Source: Candidatus Bathyarchaeia archaeon (GTDB taxonomy: Archaea; Thermoproteota; Bathyarchaeia; Bathyarchaeales; Bathycorpusculaceae). Taken from it: a stretch of DNA of 64,000 bases. The notes beneath the pieces are model-generated. The model saw only the letters and a list, made by a program, of their open reading frames with translations. It searched no databases and was not told where the DNA came from. Each line of letters starts with the position of its first letter. The stretch's first letter is position 1. Below are positions 1 through 8,018 of this stretch, one piece after another. The DNA is taken from assembly GCA_038882955.1 (NCBI GenBank), contig JAVZNC010000002.1, positions 160,001 to 224,000 on the forward strand, read 5' to 3'. The translations under genes were made by a program, and so were the position numbers.

Positions 1-839
1 TCTTCTGTAACAATAGAAGCACCAACACGTTCAGCAACCTCGCCAGAAACCCGCAGCAAATCTAACGCTCGTCTAGCATCACCATGCTCAGCAGCAGCTA
101 ATGCAGCGCATAAGCTCAGCGCAGATTCAGACAAGGCGTTTTCGTTGAAAGCCATCTTGGCGCGCTCTAACAATATGTTCCTAAGTTCATTCGCGTCATA
201 GGGCCTAAAAACAATCTCCTCTTCACTAAGCGAACTAAAAACACGCGGATCAAAAAATTCCTTAAGCCGTAGATCATTCGAAATACCAATCAAAGATAGC
301 TTACTTTGCTGTAAAGTTTCATTTATCCTAGTTAATTCATATAGAAGCCCGTCTCCACGCGCTTTTATCAAAGCGTCTACCTCATCCAAAACCACTATAA
401 AAATCAGCTGCGCCGTATCCAGCGCGGTTCGAAATCTGTCAAAAACTTCACCAACAGATAATCCTGTGAAAGGCACGTATGTTCCAATGCTTTGGCACAG
501 ATTTGTGAAAACACGATATCCGGAGCCAGCCATCCGGCAATTTACATAACAAAACTTGACGGGTGCACCATACTCCTTCGCCTTAACTTCGAGGTGACTT
601 AAAACATATTTTGTAACAGCAGTCTTTCCAGTCCCTGTTTTGCCGTAAATAAAAACGTTTGAACAACGTTCCTTTTTTAAGACAGGAGCCACTTTTTCGC
701 CCAGTAGTCTAATTTGTTCCTCGCGATGTGGCAATCTGTTTGGCAAGTAATCATGCCGCAACACACTTCTATCTTTGAATATCTTCGCGTTGCCAATGAA
801 GTTCGTGAATAACTCGTCAAGAATTTTTGTGTCACTCAT
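1..839 (-). CDS. cdc6: Orc1/Cdc6 replication initiator (5' part; runs off window)
   Basis: Hand translation from ATG at 839: MSDTKILDELFTNFIGNAKIFKDRSVLRHDYLPNRLPHREEQI...IYGKTGTGKT (Walker A)...VVLDEVDAL (Walker B)...HGDARRALDLLRVSGEVAER; adjacent to ORB elements. Confidence 0.96.
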   Translation of the reverse strand, partial: MSDTKILDELFTNFIGNAKIFKDRSVLRHDYLPNRLPHREEQIRLLGEKVAPVLKKERCSNVFIYGKTGTGKTAVTKYVLSHLEVKAKEYGAPVKFCYVNCRMAGSGYRVFTNLCQSIGTYVPFTGLSVGEVFDRFRTALDTAQLIFIVVLDEVDALIKARGDGLLYELTRINETLQQSKLSLIGISNDLRLKEFFDPRVFSSLSEEEIVFRPYDANELRNILLERAKMAFNENALSESALSLCAALAAAEHGDARRALDLLRVSGEVAERVGASIVTE

Positions 840-970
840 CTTGGAGCCTTCTCCAATATTTCAAAGGATATGCCTACTCTTCCTTTGGAGTAATAAATGT
901 CTCACTACAGAAAACTAAATTCAAATTTTAACAAACTTTTAAAGTCAACATAAAAAGATGTTTCAAGTCA

Positions 971-992
971 CACCCCACAATTTCCTCTGGAA
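971..992 (-). promoter_or_regulatory. ORB1 (origin recognition box)
   Basis: Reverse complement TTCCAGAGGAAATTGTGGGGTG: TTCCA-N2-GGAAA core plus G-string, matching archaeal ORB consensus. Confidence 0.9.
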
Positions 993-1152
993 TCTTTTTC
1001 ACCCTTAAGGGTAATGTTGATTTCTTCTTTAAAATGAAGAAATATACTCTGGAAGGTAAAGAATAAAAGTACAATTATAAAACTTGTAGTTAAAAAAGTT
1101 AGATTTGTTGATACCTTTGCTTCTAGCAACTAGCAGGTGTAAAAGTGCGGTT

Positions 1153-1174
1153 TTCCAATGGAAAAATAGGGGTG
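1153..1174 (+). promoter_or_regulatory. ORB2
   Basis: TTCCAATGGAAAAATAGGGGTG; inverted relative to ORB1, flanking AT-rich 993-1152. Confidence 0.9.
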
Positions 1175-1356
1175 CGCTAGAATAAGATTAAACAATCTTA
1201 ATGTTTGTTCCCGTTCCTACTTTGTTGCTCTTTGCAACTTTTCACCATTTTTAATTGCTAGAAACCCTTCACAGATTGTGATACTTATGTGAAGTTTAAG
1301 AGAAAATGCTTCTTTTTTCTGCTTAATCTGGAAAAATTGCCGTTTTCATGCGATTT

Positions 1357-1448
1357 AACTGTGAACTTGGCACCCCTGCCTTTCTACTGGAGAATTATAC
1401 TTAGTTCTTTTCCTGTTAGGAAATCAAAAATTAAGAAACTGTGAACTT
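1357..1448 (+). repeat. 12-bp direct repeat AACTGTGAACTT (1357-1368, 1437-1448) flanking ORB3
   Basis: Exact copies 80 bp apart. Confidence 0.7.
1371..1392 (-). promoter_or_regulatory. ORB3
   Basis: Reverse complement CTCCAGTAGAAAGGCAGGGGTG; same 22-bp geometry. Confidence 0.85.
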
Positions 1449-1561
1449 TGTAAAGGTTGAAAATTTGAATTTTTTCCTTTTTTTCGGTTTTTAAGCGCTA
1501 TTTTACGCCTTTTATGTGCAATTTTTCACCATAACACCTATAACTTGTTAACTGCAAAGTT

Positions 1562-2017
1562 GTGAATACACCTAGGTGCACAATGTTAATGCCTGCCCGA
1601 AAGATGCGAGTTGAGCTATTCGACGAAGACGGTAATCGCTATACAATATCATTCGAAGGTCAAATTACTAGAGAGAAGGCTCTTCGCCTTCTAGACCTAG
1701 TAGAACTCTTGGGCGGTGTGCCAACTAGCAGAGGCAACGAAACGAACAGGGGCGTTTTGGAAAATGATTTTTCTAAATACGCTAAGGTACGCGTTGTTGT
1801 TCAGAAGCACTTCCCGCTGGTGTGGTTTACATCACATGACGTTCAACTGGCTTACGAACAAGAATTTAAGGAGCCTATAGGGCTTAGCACAGTGGCAACA
1901 TACCTTTCCAGAATGTCAAGTAAGGGCTTACTCCTGCGGGCGGGGGCTTCAAGAACCCTAAAGTACAAGTTGGCAACCAGCTATCCGAAGGCAATTATTG
2001 AAAAGCAAACACCTTAA
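1562..2017 (+). CDS. Origin-adjacent hypothetical protein: small N-terminal domain plus C-terminal winged helix (start probably 1583/1589)
   Basis: C-term WFTSHDVQLAYEQEFKEPIGLSTVATYLSRMSSKGLLLR..KYKL has a wHTH pattern. Confidence 0.75.
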   Translation: MNTPRCTMLMPARKMRVELFDEDGNRYTISFEGQITREKALRLLDLVELLGGVPTSRGNETNRGVLENDFSKYAKVRVVVQKHFPLVWFTSHDVQLAYEQEFKEPIGLSTVATYLSRMSSKGLLLRAGASRTLKYKLATSYPKAIIEKQTP

Positions 2018-2019
2018 AT

Positions 2020-2748
2020 TTATGATTGCTGCTGGGCGGGCTCGCTTTCCGTCCGCTTTAACAGCTTTCGCATCTCCTCTTTTACACTGTATTTAAATGG
2101 AATTCTACTAGTATCTCTGTCCAAATAGCCTTCCTCGTAGAGTTTCTTCATCAACCGCGCGGTGTGCTCCCTACTAAGCTTAATTCTCTCCTTTATTTCT
2201 GGCGCGGTTTTAGGGCCTTCAGAAGCCAGCATGTCCAGAACTGACACCTCCGTTTCAGTAAGCGGCGCCAAAGCCTTCTCCCGCTTTATAGGAATTGCTG
2301 CTTCAATTTTAGCATCTGAAATGACTGCAGGATGCTTTACTCGTTCCTCAACCATAGAAAGGCGCGCAGCCAAATCCCTTTGCATAGTCATGCTTTCCTG
2401 CAATGCTTTGGCTATTTCATCCACTTTCCTTGTAGTAACTTCTTTTTCACTTACTAATGAGCCGACTCTAGCCTCTAAAGACTCAATTTTCTTGCAAGCA
2501 TCCTCAGCTGCCTTCTTTGCGCTGTCACCTTTCGAGGCTGCGGCATCAACTTTATATGCAATTAAACTAACCCTTTCCGCTTCCTGCTTCAATTGCCTGT
2601 TAAAACTAAAAACTATGTCACCAACAACCGCTTTTGCACTTTCATATTCCTTTCGCACCTTCTGAAGCTGCCTATAATAGGCATAACAAACGGCAACGGT
2701 TAACGCTGCTAAGATTATGGTAAACACCCAAACTTCCACATCAACCAC
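2020..2748 (-). CDS. Membrane-anchored coiled-coil protein with C-terminal MarR-like winged HTH
   Basis: N-term TM (VWVFTIILAALTVAVCYAYY), ~110-aa heptad-rich segment, then LTETEVSVLDMLASEGPKTAPEIKERIKLSREHTARLMKKLYEEGYLDR. Confidence 0.8.
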   Translation of the reverse strand: MVDVEVWVFTIILAALTVAVCYAYYRQLQKVRKEYESAKAVVGDIVFSFNRQLKQEAERVSLIAYKVDAAASKGDSAKKAAEDACKKIESLEARVGSLVSEKEVTTRKVDEIAKALQESMTMQRDLAARLSMVEERVKHPAVISDAKIEAAIPIKREKALAPLTETEVSVLDMLASEGPKTAPEIKERIKLSREHTARLMKKLYEEGYLDRDTSRIPFKYSVKEEMRKLLKRTESEPAQQQS

Positions 2749-2777
2749 TTCCGTGATTCACTTGTGATTTACCTACA

Positions 2778-2793
2778 GACATCACACATCACA
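2778..2793 (+). repeat. 16-bp site GACATCACACATCACA, copy 1
   Basis: Exact match to 2850-2865 and 4897-4912. Confidence 0.85.
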
Positions 2794-2849
2794 GTTTACA
2801 TGTAAAGGATTTAAAGCTTATGTTATTTCTCAGCGTAAAATAACCTCAT

Positions 2850-2865
2850 GACATCACACATCACA
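2850..2865 (+). repeat. 16-bp site GACATCACACATCACA, copy 2
   Basis: Exact repeat 72 bp from copy 1. Confidence 0.85.
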
Positions 2866-2988
2866 AAAATGCGTAAACAGATGGCATGTTCAATGTTAAG
2901 GTAACGCCTTAATTTTGAACGTTTTTCCGATTTAAAGCCGATTTTTGCCAGCAGAAAAGTTAAGATAAAGGAGCATATAAAACTTTCA

Positions 2989-3004
2989 TGTGACTTGTGA
3001 TGTC
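2989..3004 (-). repeat. 16-bp site, inverted copy GACATCACAAGTCACA
   Basis: 14/16 match; overlaps stop codon of 3003..3470; embedded in inverted repeat ATGTGAC-N7-GTCACAT (2988-3008). Confidence 0.75.
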
Positions 3005-3470
3005 ACATATCGCTTGCCGAAGTATCTGATAGCTTTTTTAAGCTTGTTTCGAGTTCTTCTCTGATAATTTTTATGATTTTTAGGTTTTCACTTGTGTTTG
3101 CTATGCTTTTATGGGCCTCTACATATTCTTTTAACCTGTTTGCTATTTCGATGTAGGGGTCGAGAGTTGTACTTTCAAAAACGCCTAAGTATCCTAAAAG
3201 CAGTATGGTGTATATGGACTTTATGACGTTTCCTTTGGCCTGTTTTAAAGTTCTGTTGAATGCACCGCGGCTTATTTTCGCCTTTGTTAACCTCAATCTG
3301 GCTTTTTCATCGTAATTTAGGGTTTTTCCTGATATATTCTCGGCTAAAATGTCTATAAGTAACGTTTCAAGCTGCGTTTTCGTTAAGTGGCTATTTTTGT
3401 AGAGTAATTCTGCTATGGGGTCATTTAAAGAGTGTGTTAACCATAAGTGAATGTTTTCTTTCAGCTTCAA
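3003..3470 (-). CDS. Hypothetical HTH-like DNA-binding protein
   Basis: SHLTKTQLETLL...EKARLR..KISRGAFNRTLKQAKGNV helix-turn-helix-like pattern; TTG start. Confidence 0.7.
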   Translation of the reverse strand: MKLKENIHLWLTHSLNDPIAELLYKNSHLTKTQLETLLIDILAENISGKTLNYDEKARLRLTKAKISRGAFNRTLKQAKGNVIKSIYTILLLGYLGVFESTTLDPYIEIANRLKEYVEAHKSIANTSENLKIIKIIREELETSLKKLSDTSASDM

Positions 3471-3612
3471 ACTTTTTCAACCGCCGACCTTTTATATGAA
3501 TACAGATTTGTATACAAGGTCCCTTTAAACCTTGCTTAAAACATACGTTTCACATTTTTTGCAACGCAAATATTTTATTCTCAGGAGACCAGTGCATAAT
3601 AAGGGAAACTCG

Positions 3613-4785
3613 TTGACTTCTCAATTTAAGCCCGCAGAACGCCTAAAAAACGTAAAACCTTCTGGAATTCGCCGATTTTTCGCTTTAACCCAAGAAATGC
3701 CAGACGCGATCAACCTCAGCGTAGGGGAACCAGACTTTTCCCCTCCGCAACACGCGATAGAAATGGGTTTGAAAGCGGCGAAAGGGGGGAAAACACATTA
3801 CACTCCTACTAATGGCATCCCAGAGTTGCGCGAGGCATTAGCCAAAAAAGCCTTCCGTGAATACGGGCTTAACTATGACCCTAACTCAGAAATATTAATT
3901 ACATCAGGAGGGATTGAAGCCATTTTTCTGGCGCTTTTCGGCTTCGTAAATCCTGGTGATGAAGTTTTGATTCCAGATCCAGGTTTTGTGTGCTACGAGC
4001 CCTGCGTTCGCTTGGCGGGGGGTGTTCCGGTTTCTGTTCCTTTAGTGGAGGAAAATGGATTCAAGCCTTCTGTTGATAATGTGATGTCACTTATCACGGA
4101 TAGGTCACGTGTGATTATTCTGAACTATCCTAACAATCCTACTGGGGCAGCCCTTTCCTTTGATGATGCGGCGGTGTTGGCGAAGATTGCTGTTGAGCGT
4201 GACCTTATTGTGATTTCTGATGAGGTTTATGAAAAAATACTCTATGATGGGACTAAACACTATTGCCTTGCAACCTTCCCTGGGATGCGTGAACGCACAT
4301 TGGTTGTTAATTCCTTTTCCAAGACTTACGCGATGACAGGGCTGCGTATTGGCTTCGTTTACGGTCCTAAAGAGCTAATTTCGCCTCTGTGGCTGATACA
4401 CCAGCATACAATTGCATGCATTAATAGTATCACTCAGTATGTTGCGTTGGCTGCGCTGGAGGGACCGCAAGACTTTGTAGAGGAGATGGTTGTGGAGTTT
4501 GATAGGAGAAGGCAAATGGTTTGTAAGAGGCTTAATGAGATGGGAAGACTTAACTGCTCACTTCCAAAAGGCGCTTTTTACGTTTTCCCTAGCATCAAAA
4601 GTTTTGGTGTGCCTTCAGAACAGTTTGCAGAGTACCTTGCAAGACAAGCGCGTGTACTCACTGTTCCAGGATCTTCTTTCGGGCGTTACGGTGAGGGATA
4701 CATAAGAATTTCTTATGCAGCAGCGTATGAACAATTAGAAGAAGCAATGGATAGAATAGAGAAGGCAATTAGGAAACTGCAATAA
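3613..4785 (+). CDS. PLP-dependent aminotransferase class I/II (aspartate aminotransferase family)
   Basis: NLSVGEPDF, NYPNNPTG, SDEVYE, NSFSKTYAMTGLRIG; TTG at 3613 after purine-rich RBS preferred over 3532. Confidence 0.93.
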   Translation: MTSQFKPAERLKNVKPSGIRRFFALTQEMPDAINLSVGEPDFSPPQHAIEMGLKAAKGGKTHYTPTNGIPELREALAKKAFREYGLNYDPNSEILITSGGIEAIFLALFGFVNPGDEVLIPDPGFVCYEPCVRLAGGVPVSVPLVEENGFKPSVDNVMSLITDRSRVIILNYPNNPTGAALSFDDAAVLAKIAVERDLIVISDEVYEKILYDGTKHYCLATFPGMRERTLVVNSFSKTYAMTGLRIGFVYGPKELISPLWLIHQHTIACINSITQYVALAALEGPQDFVEEMVVEFDRRRQMVCKRLNEMGRLNCSLPKGAFYVFPSIKSFGVPSEQFAEYLARQARVLTVPGSSFGRYGEGYIRISYAAAYEQLEEAMDRIEKAIRKLQ

Positions 4786-4794
4786 GCGTTAAAA

Positions 4795-5628
4795 CTACAA
4801 GCGCTTAGCGCTTTCCTTCAGTTCATCAAAAAGTTCTGGACGTAAATCTTTAAGTGTAGGCACAAATACTTCCACAGGTTTAACGTCACCGTAATTGACA
4901 TCACACATCACAAGGTCTTCTTCATCGTACTTCGCTTGAGTGAGCACCTTACCATTTGGTCCAACAAGTCTACTTCCTCCCCAGAATTGTAGTCCATCTT
5001 CTATGCCGACGAGATTTACATATGCCAAGAGCACAGCGTTTTCCATTGCCCTAGCAACGGTCAACGTTTCGAAAAAGGTTTTCCTAACTGCCGGCGAAGC
5101 TGATATGCAAACTATCAAGTGGGCACCCTTAAGGCGTGTGAGCCTGCTTAATTCTGGAAAGAAAATGTCATAGCAAATTATTAGCCCAACCTTCCCAAGA
5201 TTTGTGGCGAGCGCCACCGCCTCATAGCCTGGTCTAAAATATCTTTTTTCCTCAAAGACGCTGTGCGTTGGGAGGTGCATCTTGCGATATTTGCCAACAA
5301 AACCTTCGGGGCCTACGAGCACTGCTGAATTGTAGATTGTTGCCTTTGTTTTTTCGCTTAGCTCTGGCATGCCAAAGACTACGTATGCTCCCGCCTTTTT
5401 TGCCATTTTTTCGATAGCCTTTGTTGATGGACCAGGTATTGTTTCTGCTAAATTGTATATTTCATCGCGAACCACGTAGCCAGTTAGCGAAAGCTCTGGG
5501 AAAATTATAAGGTCCGCCTTCTTCTTTGCAGCATTTGTTATAATTTTTTCCATTTTTCTCATGTTTTTTTCCTTATCTGCCCGGTAGCAGCTTATTTGGG
5601 CGAGCGCAACCTTGAAATTCTCCTTCAT
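4795..5628 (-). CDS. Nitrilase/carbon-nitrogen hydrolase, candidate glutaminase subunit for NadE
   Basis: E-K-C triad: FPELS, YRKMHLP, ICYDIFFPE; directly downstream of nadE. Confidence 0.9.
   Translation of the reverse strand: MKENFKVALAQISCYRADKEKNMRKMEKIITNAAKKKADLIIFPELSLTGYVVRDEIYNLAETIPGPSTKAIEKMAKKAGAYVVFGMPELSEKTKATIYNSAVLVGPEGFVGKYRKMHLPTHSVFEEKRYFRPGYEAVALATNLGKVGLIICYDIFFPELSRLTRLKGAHLIVCISASPAVRKTFFETLTVARAMENAVLLAYVNLVGIEDGLQFWGGSRLVGPNGKVLTQAKYDEEDLVMCDVNYGDVKPVEVFVPTLKDLRPELFDELKESAKRL
4897..4912 (+). repeat. 16-bp site GACATCACACATCACA, copy 3 (inside nitrilase CDS)
   Basis: Exact match to the intergenic copies. Confidence 0.75.
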
Positions 5629-5644
5629 TTTTTCATCTCCAAAT

Positions 5645-6487
5645 TTAACACACATCCCTTGGGAATCTGAAATCTGCGCCAACAGTCCTATATCCAATTT
5701 TCGCCGTCAATGGCATCCGCCTTTTGTGTTCAGTGGCAAGCCATCTGCGCTTAATTTTTTCGACAAAATCCTCCCTTATGCCTAACTGATTTGCGATTTC
5801 TCTAGTTTCCATGAAATGCTCCAAGCCATAAAGAATCAAATCCAAGACTTCATACTTTATTCCCAACTCCTCTTCTGCAAGCTGTCCCTGCCAGAGTCCC
5901 GGCGATGAAGGTTTTGCTACGATTTCTTCTGGAACACCTATATGCCGTGCAAGTTTTCGAACTTGCGTCTTGTATAAGTCCATGATTGGCGATATGTCTG
6001 CTGCTGCGTCTCCCCACTTTGTAAAGTAGCCCATCATTGTTTCTGACTTGTCTGAACTTCCACATACAAGCATGTTAAGCTTGTTTGCGTAATAGTAGAT
6101 ATAAATCATCCTGGCGCGCGCTTTCATGTTACCCTTGCAGAGATTATCTTGCGCATCAAAGCTTGGTATTGAGCTGTAAAGGGCTTTTAAGACTGGTGTA
6201 ATGTCGATTTTCTCCATTTTTAGGCCGAACTTTTTGGCGACGGCTTCTGCGTGCTTGATATCCTTAACGTTGTATGTTTCTTTTTCTGGCAGCATAAGCC
6301 CAAAAACATTTTTTCCGCCTATTGCGAGTGCAGATAGCGCCGCTACTGTACAACTGTCAATGCCTCCTGATAACCCTAGAACTATGCCATTCACACCAGA
6401 TTTTTTCACATAATCTCTTATGAAGCGTTTTATTTTTGCTTCAACTTCGTTCCAGTCCAATTCAAGAATGTCCAAAGTTAACCTCAA
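5645..6487 (-). CDS. nadE: NAD+ synthetase (single-domain)
   Basis: GLSGGIDS PP-loop, GNMKARARM, GYFTKWGD, DLYKTQV, KPSSPGL. Confidence 0.96.
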   Translation of the reverse strand: MRLTLDILELDWNEVEAKIKRFIRDYVKKSGVNGIVLGLSGGIDSCTVAALSALAIGGKNVFGLMLPEKETYNVKDIKHAEAVAKKFGLKMEKIDITPVLKALYSSIPSFDAQDNLCKGNMKARARMIYIYYYANKLNMLVCGSSDKSETMMGYFTKWGDAAADISPIMDLYKTQVRKLARHIGVPEEIVAKPSSPGLWQGQLAEEELGIKYEVLDLILYGLEHFMETREIANQLGIREDFVEKIKRRWLATEHKRRMPLTAKIGYRTVGADFRFPRDVC

Positions 6488-6587
6488 TGCGCATGCGCCT
6501 CAATGTTTTATGGTTGCGGGCAAGTATTTAAGGACAAACATAAAATAGTGGAGTGTCATAAAATTTTAGGCATAGAAGGAAGTTGGA

Positions 6588-6836
6588 ATGGGACGTAGAA
6601 GAAGAAAAGTCGTTCGCATTCCTAAGAAGCGTTTGCCTAGGTTCTTCTCTTGCCCTAGATGTGGAAAGGAAACTGTTAGGGTTGAAATATTGCGTGAAGA
6701 AGGCCGCGCTGTAGTGGGCTGTAGCAATTGTGGCTTGAAAGAAGAGTTCCAAGTAAAACCTGCACAAGCGGAAGTGGACGTCTACTGCATGTTCACTGAC
6801 AAAATCTACTCTGGCGCCAGAAGCGCAACGGCATGA
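6588..6836 (+). CDS. elf1: Transcription elongation factor Elf1
   Basis: MGRRRRK...FSCPRC...CSNC...VDVYCMFTD. Confidence 0.9.
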   Translation: MGRRRRKVVRIPKKRLPRFFSCPRCGKETVRVEILREEGRAVVGCSNCGLKEEFQVKPAQAEVDVYCMFTDKIYSGARSATA

Positions 6837-7615
6837 AACCCAGTATGACGGAGGTTGATGTTATGGTAGGGCCTATCGAGAAATATTTGCTTGAAAAAAT
6901 CGAGTCAGAAGGCGCAATTCACCTAACGCTTATAGACCCCGAAAAAGTTACAGCCTCGCAAGCAGCTAGGGCTGCATACAAAGCCAAGCTTAGCGGAACC
7001 GCAGGAATAATGGTTGGCGGATCAACACTGTCATCGAGTAACCACCTTGACAGCGTTTTAAAGGCTATTAAGCGCGCCGTTGATGTGCCGGTAATCTTGT
7101 TTCCTGGCAATGTGAATGGGATAAGTCGTCATGCAGATGCAATATGGTTTATGTCGCTTTTAAATTCAACAGACCCATACTTTATTGTAGGGGCTCAAAT
7201 TTTAGGGGCGCCCCTTGTTAAGAAGTACCGCTTAGAGCCTATACCTATGGGTTATATAATAGTCGGAGAGGGGGGAACAGCAGGTATAGTTGGTAAGGCT
7301 ATTCCAGTTCCATATGATAAACCTGAAGTTGCTGTTGCACATGCCTTGGCGGGACAGTATTTGGGCATGCGCTTCATTTATTTAGAGGCGGGGTCTGGCG
7401 CGAAAAGGCCCGTTCCTTCTGATATGATACGCGCTGTTAAAAGGTATATCAATGTTCCGCTAATAGTTGGTGGTGGCATAAGGTCAAGGGAGCAAGCTTT
7501 GACGGCAGCGTCTGCTGGCGCTGATGTTATAGTTACTGGTAACATCGTTGAGAGGGCTGACCTTAAGCATAGAGTTTCCGAGATTATTGAGGGTATAAGA
7601 CGCTTTAGGTTGTGA
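6833..7615 (+). CDS. Geranylgeranylglyceryl phosphate synthase (start possibly 6863)
   Basis: [42 protein letters not shown]. Confidence 0.95.
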   Translation: MKPSMTEVDVMVGPIEKYLLEKIESEGAIHLTLIDPEKVTASQAARAAYKAKLSGTAGIMVGGSTLSSSNHLDSVLKAIKRAVDVPVILFPGNVNGISRHADAIWFMSLLNSTDPYFIVGAQILGAPLVKKYRLEPIPMGYIIVGEGGTAGIVGKAIPVPYDKPEVAVAHALAGQYLGMRFIYLEAGSGAKRPVPSDMIRAVKRYINVPLIVGGGIRSREQALTAASAGADVIVTGNIVERADLKHRVSEIIEGIRRFRL

Positions 7616-7935
7616 GCAAAGCCTTGACTGCCTTTGAAAATTACTTTAAAGCCCTAAAGAAAGTTTTAGGAGATGAAGGAGCATACTCTGTTTGGCCAGA
7701 TTTTGAACCGCAGTACGATGAGCATGAGTACGCTTGGACCGCAATCAGAGGACTAGGCGAGGTTTTACTGCTAAATTGTGGGGCATGCGATGGGCCATCT
7801 GATCCTAGGCATAAAAGTTGCGAGGAATGCGTCGAAAAGAGAAGTAAAATTGCGAAGGAAGCATATCAAAAAGCAACGGGACATAGAAAAGATAAATGGG
7901 CTGCACTCTTTTTGTGTAGAATTCATACGGGATAA
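7612..7935 (+). CDS. Hypothetical Cys-rich protein
   Basis: Overlapping GTGA coupling with GGGPS; CGAC...CEEC motifs. Confidence 0.65.
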   Translation: MSKALTAFENYFKALKKVLGDEGAYSVWPDFEPQYDEHEYAWTAIRGLGEVLLLNCGACDGPSDPRHKSCEECVEKRSKIAKEAYQKATGHRKDKWAALFLCRIHTG

Positions 7936-8018
7936 ATGGTATTTGCTTTTGTTTCTTTTGACGTGAACTTGTTGTAAAAGCAAAAATAGCTTCCAAAACG
8001 TATTGTGAAGCTTGTGAG

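Larger units (their letters stand above)
900..1560. other. Chromosomal replication origin (oriC) with AT-rich unwinding region
   Basis: ~700-bp AT-rich non-coding region directly upstream of cdc6, containing three ORB elements. Confidence 0.9.

Noticed and set aside
2778-3004. Repeats as a mini-CRISPR array
   Set aside because: Only 16 bp, irregular spacing, mixed orientation, no cas genes
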